Assembly (NCBI RefSeq): GCF_037042905.1 | Contig: NC_087250.1 | Location: 14,820,001 to 14,884,000, forward strand | DNA: 64,000 nucleotides | Reading direction: 5' to 3' | Source: Lytechinus pictus | Lineage: Eukaryota | In this document: piece by piece, positions 28,101 through 37,082 of the stretch | How positions within the stretch are numbered: the stretch's first letter is position 1 | Layout: every line of letters begins with the position of its first letter | The notes under the pieces: model-generated | Databases searched by the model: none | What the model saw: only the letters and a program-made list of their open reading frames with translations | What the model was told of the DNA's origin: nothing | Translations under genes and position numbers: made by a program

Positions 28101-31100
28101 GTGACGCCACAATCAGTGCGCAACTTGCTCGTATGCATTTTGACATGCATGAATAACATGCATGAATAAGGAGTTAGTACCGGTATATGATATTTTTAGT
28201 TGCATTTTAACGCAACTCTTTCAGCAAATGGCGGCTTGGCCCTTGATAATCGGTAGTCAATACTTACTGACATAGTCATTGATGGCATATAGGATTGTAC
28301 AGAGAAAGTCCAAGCAAGGCCAATGGAGTTTAGAACACTTCAGGCCCTGCTCGAAGGCCACCCTTGCCAAGGCAAGCTGACTCAGCTTGACCGCCACGGT
28401 GCCGATCCGATACCAGAGAGTGACGTCTGTACTGTCTAAATTGACAGCCTGTAACACGAGAAAATGTAAATGCTGTGTGATGAAAAGATTCATGAATTCA
28501 ATTCAATTCAATTCAATTTGCATTTATTTCATTCTCGATAAAAACAATTATAAAGCAAGGTATGAGAAACAATATATTTACAAGCAAGAGTAAAAATGAA
28601 AATGAAATGGGGAACTGCATATTAAATAAAGCCAAGTGGCCATGTGTAAGCGCAGTTCCCAGAACATTGATAACATGACATGGTATAGAGAAACAATAAG
28701 ATAAAGAATTAAACGTGAAATATAAACAACAAAAACACAAAAAGAAAAAAACAAGAAAAAAATAACTATACATATTTAAGATATAGGAACTGCTTCAATC
28801 TTTTTTTTGAATGACCTAACAGACTTGCTTTCAATTACATCTCTAGGGGTAGAGTTCCAAATCACAGGAATATTCAGATTGTATCAGGCTCCTACCACCC
28901 TCACTTTCCCAGAGCTGCCAACTAGCCGCCAACATTTGAAAATGAAAAAAAAAGGAGTCCTAATCGCGTGGGACAAATTTTTCTGTTCAATGTCAGGTGT
29001 GTCTCCCTCACTTTTATTTTTTTTTTACTTTTTCATGTTAAGCATTCTTACATTTAAACATTGAGAAATTACAAGTGTTGAAAAACTATATTACTCTATT
29101 AATACCCATACACACACCCATACCTACCACACAATTACACATAGATGGGAAGATTTATTGTTTATCTTAAATAAATGGGAAAACAAGAGTGCTCCTCTTT
29201 TTTATTGATAAAATATCTTAAAAACAGGGTATCTCCTGGAAAAAAAGGAGTAGTTGGCAGGCCTGCTTTCCCCTCAAAATAAAGAAATCACACAAAAAAT
29301 CTAGTGAAGAGTTGTAGGTTTCCATCCCATTGAGCACATATAGTATAGCATATCCATTTGAATTCAGAATCTGAAAAGCAGAACACTTAACATTTATTTC
29401 TGTGTACAAACCAATGGAATCACAACACTTCTAACACATGACATTATGGTCTCAGGGTCGGTGATAGCAAGTACGTGTAAGAAGAAAGCCTATTTTTCGA
29501 AGCCCGATGATTAAATTAATTTCAAAGCAACATACTCGGCTGGAAAGCGGTGAAAACGCATAAAGCTTGCATTTCTGTATTAAGTAGTTTACAAGCTTTC
29601 GATTGGTATAAGTTTTTGTCAATTTCAATTTTGGGTCTGGGTCTTTGTCTTTATCTTTAATTTCACTCTTGAAGCATAATCCCCCTCCCTCCCTCCCCCA
29701 CCCCCTCCTAACCCCCCCCCTCCATGTACTGTACCTCCAGATAGTTTTCCATAGCAGTATTCATATCGTCCTTTCCAAGCGCCAGATTACCCAGATTCTT
29801 GTAGCTTGAGTATTTCAGGGTTATCGCTGTATTGGTCACTGTTCCTCTCCTCTCATCCGGAGAAACCTTTACCTATAACAAAGCAAGAATTCCAACTGTG
29901 ATCCTAAAATCAACTGATTTGTGGGGCAATGGTGAAAAATATTTGACTGTCCTGTGGTAGTGCGTGGCTTGTGCAAAATATACACAATATGTTACATTTA
30001 TGTTATTCTAGAGTCACTCCTCCTCTTCACTCATCCTGAGAAACCTTCACCTTTCTTGACAACACAAGAATTGCAACCGTGATATATCATCCTACTATCA
30101 ACTGATCTGTGGGGCAATGGTGAAAAATATTGACTGTCCTTTGTTAGTGCATAGAGACATTCCTTGTAGCTCATTTTGCGATATGCATGATAATAAGAAA
30201 AACTATGATATTCCATATAGTCAGTGTTCTTCTCTCATCCTGAGACACTTTCACCTACAGCATAACACAATAATAGCCACTTTGATATATACCATACTAA
30301 TATCACCTGATTTGTGGGGCAATGGTGAAAAATATTGACTATCCTTTGTTAGTGCATTGAGAAATTCCTTGTAGCTCATTATGCAATATTCATAATTGTA
30401 AGAAAAAATTATGATATTCTATATGGTCACTGCTCGTCTCCTCTCATCCTTTGAAACCTTCACCTATAAAAAGACAAGTATTGCAACTGTGATATTTCAT
30501 TCTAATATCAACTAATTTGCGGGGAAATTGTGAAAAATATTGACTGTCCTTTGTTTACAGTGCACAGAGACCGTAAATGTAGCTCATTGCGCAATATGCA
30601 CAAATATATAATAAATATTATGTCATTCTCTTTGCTCATCATTTGAACTCATCCTGTGCAGCCTTTACCTATGAAAACACAAGTAGAGCAATGTGGTACA
30701 TGTATATCACCCTAATATCAACCGTTTTATGGGGCGATGGTGAAAATAATCTCATGTCCTTTTGGTAATGCATATCAATAGAAGCCCATTATAAAAACTG
30801 CGCAATTAAAAATTAAAAGAATGGTATGTAATTCTGGTTGCTCTGAACTTATTCTGTTTAACCCTAACCAGACCGGGCTTTTTTTAGTGTAATATGACCG
30901 GGGGCTGGGGGTTGAATCAATCCCCCTTGAGATCTCGGCCGCCGATCGCACGAACGCTGTGATGTGATCTACAAGGCTGTTTGGTTAATTTTTCTGAATT
31001 ATTAAGATTTTTTATATGAATTAATTATGCGTAATTTTTCAATCGCATACCCGGGCATCATAAATTTGGTCTCAATAGATGCGCAAGACTTCAAAGTAAA

Positions 31101-34100
31101 AATTCAGCGAGTGGTGAGGTCGAAAAAATTTCGTGCATCGAAATAGTAACGGAAAATGTCGAGGGGGAGTTGATTCAACCCCCCCCCCCAAGCGGTTTTA
31201 GGGTTAAGGGTCTATAGCTAAAACTATTACCTGGAACCAGTAACATACAGGTACATGTATAATTTCATTTGAAGAAGAAGTGAATATCTACCAAGGTACC
31301 ATTAAATGGTAGTAAAATAATGTAATTAATGAAGCACTCATATGCACTCTTCATATTAAATACTTCTTATTATCATAACTATCCTGGTTCTCACCCGGCC
31401 ATCAAAATTTTAGATATTCCTGCTATCCATTTATGGCCAAGATGCAGGAGACCATTTATAAAAATACAGTTAGATTCAGTATTCCAGGCATGGTTACCTT
31501 AGACAGGAATCTTGTCTGAAGGAGTTCATTGTAAATGTCTTGAGCCTTCTCCACGTTTCCACTACGTTGAAACTCAAGCGCTTTCTTGTAGAGTGAGAAC
31601 GCTTCCTCTTCCTACAGAAAAAGAAATATCACTAGATAGGGTTACATTGAATATATAATGTTTTGTATTATGGACATGGTATTACCTAAAACACAAAATA
31701 CGATACAGGAGCACATTCATATTAATCATTAATTGATATTTCAATCTTACTCAAAATCATATATTGACGTGCATTACACATGGTGCTATTAAAAAATATA
31801 TATATATGTATTGAACATAAACCAATCCATCAAAAAATTTCACTTTGGGCTAATTTTTACATTTTTTTAATTGAGAGCTATTTTCATATGAACCTTTCAT
31901 TCATAGCATGGTTTACAATGAACTAAAGATAGTTTAGGGCTTGAATTAGTAGAATTAGCATTTAGTAGAATTGTCATTTAGTTAAAATTATTGTTTTACC
32001 TATAATAATGTCATTGTTTGGTGGTAACCTCGATTAGCATCTTGCTATTATGTTAGCTCCAATTACCAAATGTTTTTGTTCGTATGTGGTGTACTATTTC
32101 ATGCAATTGTACCGGACAGTGAGATTTGGTAATAAATTCAATTTCAATTCTCAATTAATCCCATGCCGATGAAGGCCTTGTCGTGGATGCCTTGCTGCCC
32201 ATCCCATTGGCCTTACAGAGTTATTGCGCCCTTTACAACTTTTTTCCTATTCAGGCTGTAATATAGAAATTGTCATGTCGGTGCAAGATTGCCCTTAACA
32301 CCACACTCTGCACATCGCATGCCTTACGCAATGCACTTATGCGTGCTGCTAAGGGCGTTTCTGCACCGACGAAGTTAGCATTTATATATTTTGCTAATAA
32401 GGACATTCTTGCTCCGAGGCAATGAAATGTGCCAAATAGAAAAGTGGGCTTGCCCTGAAATTATCAAATTTCAGGCCAGATAGTTTATTACGGAGAGAAT
32501 AAAGTTTATTTATATTTACCTGAGCTTCTTTAGTGAGTTCAACTTCTGATTCTTCGTCGCTGTCTGAATCTTCACTGCTCTCATTCAATGCCGATATCAT
32601 AGACTGAAACAAAGGGGGGTAAAAATTGAATATGGTCACCTTTGCATGATTGGTAATAATTTCTTGTGCTTGAGATACTCTAAACTTTCTGTTTACACAT
32701 AATACTAATAGTTACCTTTATTAGATCGCTTCGTATGTTGGTTTCTAAGCACTTTACATTGTAATTATTATTACCCCGGTCATAAGATCCATCACAAAAA
32801 GTGCACCATCTCCACTCCCTGGGGAGTATCCTGGCCAGGCAACCGTTTAATCGTGCACACACACATGCCAATCTAATGACATTGACGTTCAAATCCTACC
32901 CATTTAACACCTGGGTCGAGAGTGGCAAAGTGTGGATCAACGCCTTGCTAAAGGACGCTAGGCCGCAGTGGGATTCGAACACACGACCTTCTGATTACAA
33001 GGTGAGAGTCAGAACCACTACACCACGACGCTTCCATAATGGGAAAGTACTTCCATAATTCTAATTAAATCATGACAAATAACTAACTTTGCATTCAAAT
33101 GCTTTTTAAAGATAAATGCTAGTTGTGGTAATGATCTCAAAATAAAGAATTTAATGACATGACCGCCCAATTATTTGCATTTATTAATAATAAAATGTGC
33201 CTAATGGTACTGGAAGAAATAGTGTAATTGCTGAACAACAAGGAAAATAATCACTGCATTACGGTCAACTGTTAGGTCTTTTTCCAAGCAATAATAATAC
33301 ACTGTCCCACGTGTGCTTATCTGTGTTGGTGATCTCCAGTCATGATTAAACAAAGTTAGGTTTATGTCAATGTATCAGATCTAGATCTATGAATGATAAT
33401 AGGGTGACAATTAAACTTGATTTTAAAGACTTTCTCATTGAATATTTATTTTCTTTACATTCTCTTACCTTTTAACAAGTATAATAATAATAATAATAAT
33501 AGAGGTATATTTACCCAGGGTAGCCACTTCAGTTCCGAAAACTGTTCTCCCAGCGGGACCTGCTATTATTACCCTGGCCCTAGCTGGGCTGCCTAGGCGC
33601 TCAAGCATTCAAGGAATTAATCCTGCCGGGTACCCATTCACCTCACCTGGGTTGAGTGCAGCACAATGCGGGTATATTTAATGCTGAAGGAAATTAAGCC
33701 ATGGTTGGGATTCGAACCTACATCCCTCTGATTGAAAGACAAAGGTTGTAACCACTTGATCACTATGCCCCCAAACAGAAAGCGTATCAATCAATAGTAT
33801 TATTGTTTACATACCATAGCAGATTTTGGTTTCTTCGCCTTGGGTTTTGCCGGGGTGATCGGATGAGTCTCTGTGCGCTTGTACAAAGATGGACGGCTGA
33901 TGGAAACAATCGTTCTCTTCCTCTTCATTTCCTGTGAGATAATACCCAGGGGTCGGTTTCAAAAAAGCTTGATACATGTATGATAAAAAAAATCTACAAT
34001 AAATAGTTAAAAGCTACTGAAATCCTTCAATCTGATTGGCTGATGGGAAAATTTGTTATAAACATTGTGCATTTGTGGTTATAACAAGGCTCTATGAAAC

Positions 34101-36969
34101 AGGACCCAAGATTTATGACGGTGAAAAGAATATAGAAAGGAATTCCTATTGTAAACTTGTACACAACAATCTTCTAATGCTTTTTTGTTACATCAGCAAG
34201 TACATGTACAGCATCTATGACGAAGGTCTGATTATAAAGCTTGTAGCCTCGTATGTGAAAGCCTCCTAAACATCTATAGGTAAAATTTCATGACTGTGAA
34301 AAAAAAATTGTGTCCTTAATCTTTTAATAGTACACTGGAAAACATCTTTGTTTAATAACAATGTTTGGTCATTAGTTATTCGATGAAACCAAAATTGGTA
34401 GTCAATCGTCCCACATGGGTGATTGTATTAAAAGAGAACAATTATGCCTCATCAAAATGTTGACTAACCTTTTCAAGATTTCGAAGCAATTTCTTTTCCC
34501 TCCCTCGCTGTCTTTTCTGAGATACGACGTCATCTTCCTCGTCATCATCGGCATCGTCGTCCCCGTCATCATCATCATCACGCTTCTCATCTGATGAAGA
34601 GGAGGAAGATGATGATGAATCGCTGATGATTCTATTTCTTTTGGGTGCTCTATGCACTTGCAGATGGGTTGCTGTAGAACGACAGATAGTAAAGCACAAA
34701 TGAATTGACTTGAATTACTGAACATCAAATGCATGCCTGAATTCTAAATGTCTTTTCACAACAGACGAAAATTCATCAAAATTTGGGTCAAAGCACGAAG
34801 ATGTTACGAGTTATTCTGATAATCAGACCTAGTTTTAACCCTACACTAAACAAGTAATTTTGTAAACAAGTCTATGGAATACTCGGTTTTATCTTTTTCG
34901 TTCAATATGGCTGATAAAAATAAGGTACATAGATATCTATTTTTATGCTCCTTTTATTAGCCTTCCTGAAGACATTATTAAATGTTTAACTTTGAAACAG
35001 GAAGTGTTGAGCAACTTTTAACAAAAAGGTTTTTTTTTTTTTTTTTTTGGGGGGGGGGGTCATTTTAATAATAAAAACTAAAAGTAGGTGTTGGAGTCTG
35101 GGGCGACAATCTACATTTTGCTTCCAACATGAACGCAAAGACCAAAACCCCACAAGGACCAGGGTCCCATAACACAAAGGTTAGCGATTGATTGTATATT
35201 GTAGTCAAAGGAATCAATCGTAGAAAGATGTTCTAGATCATCGCTAAGCTTTGTGTTATGGGCGCCAGCACTAACACCGAACTTGATATACCTGGGGGCC
35301 ATTTCATAAAGCTGTTTGTAAGTTAAGAGCGACTATAAGAATGACTGGTGATCCTTTCTCACACGCTAAACCATTGCCAATGAACATTTTGGTGTATATA
35401 TACCATTTACCAGAAGAAAGGATCACCAGTCGTTCTTAAAGTCACTCTTAACTTTCTGAAACACCCACCTGTATCGCCTTCATCATCTTGTAGGTGAGCT
35501 GTGGCTTCCAGCAATCTTTGTTTTGCAGCCTCCTAAAAAATAACAAAGAACACAACAAAAAGAAACAGATCAACAAACAGGGCCCAGTTTCATAAATTCA
35601 ATAAAACATTTCCTAAAATTCAATTAAATCTATTTTCTACATATTTAGTAAAAAACATACAATATCAGTACAATCAAAATGCATTCATAGATAATTACAA
35701 TACAAACATAAATAGTTTATATCACATAGAAAAGACATAAGAAAATCAAAATGTAGAGGGGATTGACAAAGGCCATATTGACTTATCAAGGACAATCCCC
35801 AATAAAAAAAATAAATGGATTACATAAATTATATTAAAAAAAGAAAGATACTTGACCTAAAAAAAAACGGACAGAGCAAAAAATGGAATACGCAAAACGG
35901 GGAGGGAGAGACAAAAAATAAAATAATTCAAAAAAAATCTGTTCAACTTGGGCCAAAATTTGACTTCAAAAAAAGTAAACAAAAACACATTGAAATTGTA
36001 GGATGATTATTTTTCAATTATTTCCTTTAACTTGTGCTTTCTTTAGATGTTTTACATTTCTGTTCAGTCTAGACCTGAGTCCATTTGCATTTCTTTTCAG
36101 CACTGCCCTTGCAGTCTGAACTTTGGTCATTTATTATATTCAGTTTTCATTCATTCATTCTACTCTGAATGCCTTGGTCCTCTGATTCTCTTTTATCATC
36201 TTCATTCCTTCTCTATTCATGTGTTCCACTCATTCCATCCCTCACCTGACTCCTTAGTTTCTAATGCCATTATTACATAATCACCAGACATCTTTGTCAT
36301 CTTCATCTCATTCCTTATTGGTTTATCTTACGAATTTGGTTCTTACATTTTACATGCAGTTCGATCCTTCCATTTACAGTTTGATTGGTTGTTATTTCTA
36401 ATTCAAATAAATTATGTAAATTGTATATCATTGAGTTTTACTGAGGCAAAGTAGCCCAGAGATTAAATCAGTGCACGACCAAACTTCTTCGACTTCAGTT
36501 CAGTTTATTTGCGTCTCTTCCTAGTTTCACTTATTTTCCCTTTGTGGATGATTTGAGTTTGCTGCCTTGAACTTACATCATTTCTACCCTGAACTTGACT
36601 TATAATTTTACACCTTACAAAATCATAATAAATGGGCCTGGTTCATAACTGTTTGGAACCAATCAAAATCAAGGATACCATGAAAGTTACCATTTATTTT
36701 ATGCAACGAACAGGGGCCCCTGGCCAATTGAACTGACTCCAACATTTTGGGCTAGTAGGTACCGGTAGGCCTATATGGCCAGATCTCGGACCCCTACAAA
36801 CTCCCATCAAATTTGGGTTTATGTCCCCCCCCCCCCCCCCCCCGATTCTTCAACAAGGAAAATATTGAGTTTGACATGATTGAATTCATGAAAAGTGTTT
36901 GGTATTACGATCCACTACTATACTTACATAGCTATGACCAGTCTCTTTCAGTGTCCGGATAATAGGCAT
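958..36969 (-). CDS. CABIN1: Calcineurin-binding protein cabin-1 (HIRA complex TPR scaffold), 30 coding exons, 3'-incomplete at window start
   Basis: Manually spliced exons keep one open frame (4088 nt) with matching phases. Peptides follow vertebrate CABIN1 in order: [122 protein letters not shown]. Confidence 0.95.
1470..1775 (-). repeat. Three decayed tandem copies of the 3' end of CABIN1 exon 1803-2010
   Basis: Repeated gaacagtgtttc...caggatcatgga...ag|gtaag blocks, period about 100-115 bp. Confidence 0.85.
1803..2010 (-). CDS. CABIN1: CABIN1 exon [15 protein letters not shown]...[24 protein letters not shown]
   Basis: Matches SWCCNSDGALLRFY...LEQCFYCLYSFPSKK; 208 nt. Confidence 0.95.
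2336..2673 (+). mobile_element. tRNA-derived SINE with L2-like tail
   Basis: Degenerate A box and GTTCGAATC B box, body shared with 9936-10420 and 32700-33034, tail taaagcgcttagagac...taagcgctata...(tat)n. Confidence 0.8.
2764..2901 (-). CDS. CABIN1: CABIN1 exon EEDHL...[19 protein letters not shown]
   Basis: Matches PMLPSSLMLLNTAHEYLGR; 138 nt. Confidence 0.94.
2956..3267. mobile_element. MITE family A (ggcccgtattctga TIR)
   Basis: Long TIRs; sister copies at 27145-27449 and 62752-63062. Confidence 0.85.
3536..4020 (-). repeat. About 190-bp tandem repeat spanning the 3' half and donor of CABIN1 exon 3925-4101
   Basis: Near-identical units at about 3536, 3723 and 3913, each with gtaagt donor. 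Confidence 0.9.
3925..4101 (-). CDS. CABIN1: CABIN1 exon ...[13 protein letters not shown]...[14 protein letters not shown]
   Basis: Matches LTNNLIQVIDCSM...SSVLPWIILHRII; 177 nt. Confidence 0.92.
4312..4549 (-). mobile_element. tRNA-derived SINE (second family)
   Basis: Same body as 20198-20407 and 33565-33772 (ggtaccca...cctgggttgagtgcagcacaatg). Confidence 0.75.
4599..4723 (-). CDS. CABIN1: CABIN1 exon ESIFCC...[15 protein letters not shown]
   Basis: cag/gtaagt, phase 0 to 2; aligns with EEWVATVTQLL region. Confidence 0.87.
4830..5350. repeat. Imperfect (GAT/GGT)n microsatellite with embedded gattatcagagtgcagtggt units
   Basis: Directly visible trinucleotide tract. Confidence 0.9.
5372..5615 (+). 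mobile_element. SINE-like element with degenerate tRNA head
   Basis: gtgtggtccattggt...ctcataa...gagtttaaatccc head followed by non-tRNA body. Confidence 0.5.
5786..6000 (-). CDS. CABIN1: CABIN1 exon ...[15 protein letters not shown]...VVELLRPTL...[10 protein letters not shown]...
   Basis: Matches KSLERCQSLEEIQRL...VVHLLRPTL...PERPAQLLLL; 215 nt. Confidence 0.94.
7090..7261 (-). CDS. CABIN1: CABIN1 exon [10 protein letters not shown]...[10 protein letters not shown]
   Basis: Open frame, tag/gtagag, phase 0 to 1. Confidence 0.87.
7975..8255. repeat. About 85-bp tandem repeat abutting the donor of exon 8256-8326
   Basis: Three-plus copies of tagcaatttcctcttttgtgattgaaatatgatt...cattcccctcggtaaagt. 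Confidence 0.85.
8256..8326 (-). CDS. CABIN1: CABIN1 exon [24 protein letters not shown]
   Basis: Matches VYWLKARFLALQG; 71 nt. Confidence 0.92.
8633..8763 (-). CDS. CABIN1: CABIN1 exon LGANTT...[12 protein letters not shown]...WPVVPAR
   Basis: cag/gtacag boundaries, phase 2 to 1 as required. Confidence 0.85.
8895..9300. mobile_element. TIR element (ggtggattcacaatac...gtattgtgaatcca), sister copy 16535-16956
   Basis: Inverted subterminal repeats and a second similar copy in the window. Confidence 0.7.
9420..9710 (-). mobile_element. CR1-type LINE 3' fragment
   Basis: Minus strand reads [13 protein letters not shown] (CR1 ORF2 C-terminal motif) and ends in (GAA)n. Confidence 0.7.
9936..10420 (+). 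mobile_element. SINE with a second SINE nested inside
   Basis: Body matches 2336-2673, interrupted at about 10100-10300 by agagctcagtcggtagag...ggttcaattccc head. Confidence 0.6.
10558..11116. mobile_element. Two adjacent MITE family B copies (gggccccgtcttacaaagagtt TIR)
   Basis: TIRs at 10558/10828 and 10844/11114; more copies near 6290-6495, 12606-12880, 23290-23553 and a minimal hairpin at 17962-18028. Confidence 0.8.
11172..11297 (-). CDS. CABIN1: CABIN1 exon ...[20 protein letters not shown]...
   Basis: Matches [20 protein letters not shown]; 126 nt. Confidence 0.9.
11345..11770 (-). repeat. Three decayed copies of the 3' part of CABIN1 exon 11844-12069
   Basis: Repeated cagactgatatgctttctc...aacacagctg...ctaccagtctt blocks. 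Confidence 0.8.
11844..12069 (-). CDS. CABIN1: CABIN1 exon ...ESDDVHSLL...[12 protein letters not shown]...RWPDGLA...SLPELF
   Basis: Matches EKQDVHEFLL...NGGILELMMRYL...RWPPGLA; 226 nt. Confidence 0.94.
12606..12880. mobile_element. MITE family B copy
   Basis: TIR gggccccgtcttaca...tgtaagacgggcccc. Confidence 0.8.
13125..13299 (-). CDS. CABIN1: CABIN1 exon [27 protein letters not shown]...
   Basis: Matches [24 protein letters not shown]; gtgagt donor gives the required phase 1. Confidence 0.9.
13300..13640 (-). repeat. Three decayed copies of the acceptor and 5' part of CABIN1 exon 13125-13299
   Basis: Period about 110 bp; ggagtacctcagtatagtttatt...ttacctg. Confidence 0.85.
14184..14296 (-). 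CDS. CABIN1: CABIN1 exon ...RGHKRKK...GKRRSAR
   Basis: Matches KGVKRKK...AKRRSAR; 113 nt. Confidence 0.92.
14563..14755 (-). CDS. CABIN1: CABIN1 low-complexity exon (MERGQEPP...KLQHD)
   Basis: Open frame, aag/gtgagt, phase 0 to 1. Confidence 0.8.
15109..15590. mobile_element. piggyBac-type MITE
   Basis: TTAA on both sides; TIR ccctatctaggccgggg. Confidence 0.85.
16097..16280. mobile_element. PIF/Harbinger-like MITE family C
   Basis: ggggccgtttcataaa...ttatgaaacacccac, TSD CTG on both sides; sister of 35295-35468. Confidence 0.85.
16535..16956. mobile_element. TIR element, same family as 8895-9300
   Basis: aattcggtggattcacaatac...atattgtgaatccaccaaatt inverted ends. Confidence 0.7.
16992..17200 (-). 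CDS. CABIN1: CABIN1 low-complexity exon (SEEYVDVE...PSATE)
   Basis: Open frame, tag/gtaagg, phase 1 to 0. Confidence 0.8.
17283..17749. mobile_element. Non-autonomous TIR element (cagagctgccaac)
   Basis: 13-bp perfect TIR; related ends at 28910-29265; TSD not clean. Confidence 0.65.
18430..18657 (-). CDS. CABIN1: CABIN1 low-complexity exon (PKDVSQ...EESKQK)
   Basis: Open frame, cag/gtgcgg boundaries, phase 1 to 1. Confidence 0.8.
19935..19983 (-). CDS. CABIN1: CABIN1 exon [16 protein letters not shown]
   Basis: Matches SLGKRIDLSDY; 49 nt. Confidence 0.88.
20198..20407 (-). mobile_element. tRNA-derived SINE
   Basis: Minus-strand head with gtggtctagtg and ttcgattccc; body shared with 4312-4549. 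Confidence 0.75.
21046..21112 (-). CDS. CABIN1: CABIN1 exon [22 protein letters not shown]
   Basis: Matches WKCLGESLLAMYNHLT; 67 nt. Confidence 0.92.
21270..21422. repeat. (AGT/AGC)n microsatellite
   Basis: Directly visible. Confidence 0.9.
21449..21549 (-). CDS. CABIN1: CABIN1 exon [15 protein letters not shown]...
   Basis: Matches IVDEALGLRKKRQAL; 101 nt. Confidence 0.92.
22282..22672. mobile_element. Kolobok-like non-autonomous element; inverted sister at about 33109-33472
   Basis: TTAA-flanked; end accacaactggcatttatct is the reverse complement of agataaatgctagttgtggt at 33110. Confidence 0.6.
22725..22773 (-). CDS. CABIN1: CABIN1 exon [16 protein letters not shown]
   Basis: 49 nt, phase 2 to 0, fills the gap between flanking exons; AG/GT. 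Confidence 0.85.
24401..24476 (-). CDS. CABIN1: CABIN1 exon [25 protein letters not shown]
   Basis: Matches GLVLKEKIFEEQPCLRKD; 76 nt. Confidence 0.93.
25493..25710 (+). mobile_element. 5'-truncated R4/Dong-like non-LTR retrotransposon in (AAT)n
   Basis: Encodes [21 protein letters not shown]; (AAT)n on both flanks. Confidence 0.75.
26163..26216 (-). CDS. CABIN1: CABIN1 exon [17 protein letters not shown] (GC donor)
   Basis: Matches CLYFICKALEKDCRYSK; donor AG|GCAAGT. Confidence 0.9.
26411..26985. mobile_element. Kolobok-like MITE
   Basis: TTAA TSD; TIR aggagaatgaaac; internal inverted repeats. Confidence 0.85.
27145..27449. mobile_element. MITE family A copy
   Basis: TIRs and 3-bp TSD TAT. 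Confidence 0.85.
27677..27870 (+). mobile_element. Second 5'-truncated R4/Dong-like copy in (AAT)n
   Basis: Encodes [22 protein letters not shown]; (AAT)n on both flanks. Confidence 0.75.
28268..28448 (-). CDS. CABIN1: CABIN1 TPR exon [16 protein letters not shown]...HWPCLD...INDYV
   Basis: Strong match to the CABIN1 TPR region; 181 nt. Confidence 0.95.
29735..29872 (-). CDS. CABIN1: CABIN1 exon VKVSPD...[10 protein letters not shown]...AMENYLE
   Basis: Matches LKYSTYKNLA...AMEFYLE; 138 nt. Confidence 0.93.
29873..30770 (-). repeat. Tandem repeat (period about 180-210 bp) built from the acceptor and 5' end of CABIN1 exon 29735-29872
   Basis: Repeated ctctcatcc...aaacctt..acct and tggggcaatggtgaaaaatattgactgtcc blocks. 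Confidence 0.85.
30862..31203. mobile_element. piggyBac-type MITE
   Basis: TTAA flanks, ccctaa...ttaggg ends, internal gttgaatcaa/ttgattcaac inverted motif. Confidence 0.75.
31498..31611 (-). CDS. CABIN1: CABIN1 exon [15 protein letters not shown]...RFLSK
   Basis: Matches EAEAFALYHKALDLQ; 114 nt, AG/GT. Confidence 0.93.
32520..32603 (-). CDS. CABIN1: CABIN1 exon SMISALNES...TKEAQ
   Basis: Matches IRIAALN...TKEAQ; AG/GT boundaries, 84 nt. Confidence 0.93.
32700..33034 (-). mobile_element. tRNA-derived SINE, same family as 2336-2673
   Basis: Minus-strand ggaagcgtcgtggtgtagtggt...gttcgaatccc head and shared body. Confidence 0.85.
33565..33772 (-). mobile_element. tRNA-derived SINE
   Basis: ggttcgaatccc B box on minus; body shared with 4312-4549. 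Confidence 0.75.
33815..33931 (-). CDS. CABIN1: CABIN1 exon EMKRKR...KPKSAM; final ATG aligns with the vertebrate start Met
   Basis: cag acceptor, gtatgt donor, 117 nt phase 0. Confidence 0.75.
34469..34671 (-). CDS. CABIN1: CABIN1 N-terminal extension exon (acidic/Ser-rich, ...[13 protein letters not shown])
   Basis: ctacag acceptor, gttagt donor, 203 nt phase 1 to 0, open frame. Confidence 0.7.
35295..35468. mobile_element. MITE family C inserted exactly at a CABIN1 splice donor
   Basis: TSD CTG at 35292-35294 and 35469-35471; TIR ggggccatttca...tgaaacacccac. Confidence 0.88.
35469..35532 (-). CDS. CABIN1: CABIN1 N-terminal extension exon ([21 protein letters not shown])
   Basis: ttttttag acceptor, 64 nt phase 0 to 1, donor gtgggt. 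Confidence 0.65.
35995..36590. repeat. Left arm of about 600-bp diverged inverted repeat
   Basis: Colinear reverse complement of 40330-40945. Confidence 0.85.
36928..36969 (-). CDS. CABIN1: CABIN1 putative first coding exon ([14 protein letters not shown]); whole exon 36928-36991
   Basis: Acceptor ttctgcag, donor gtaagt, in-frame upstream TGA, ATG with A at -3, phase 0 into next exon; no recognised homology. Confidence 0.55.
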
Positions 36970-37082
36970 CTTTGTTCGTTCGCATATTCACCTGCAGAAG
37001 GGAAAATATATCATAAAGAATAATAGTATTATAAACATAAATCTACATTCTAGATTAATGTCGTCTCCTTTTGACTTTTGTC

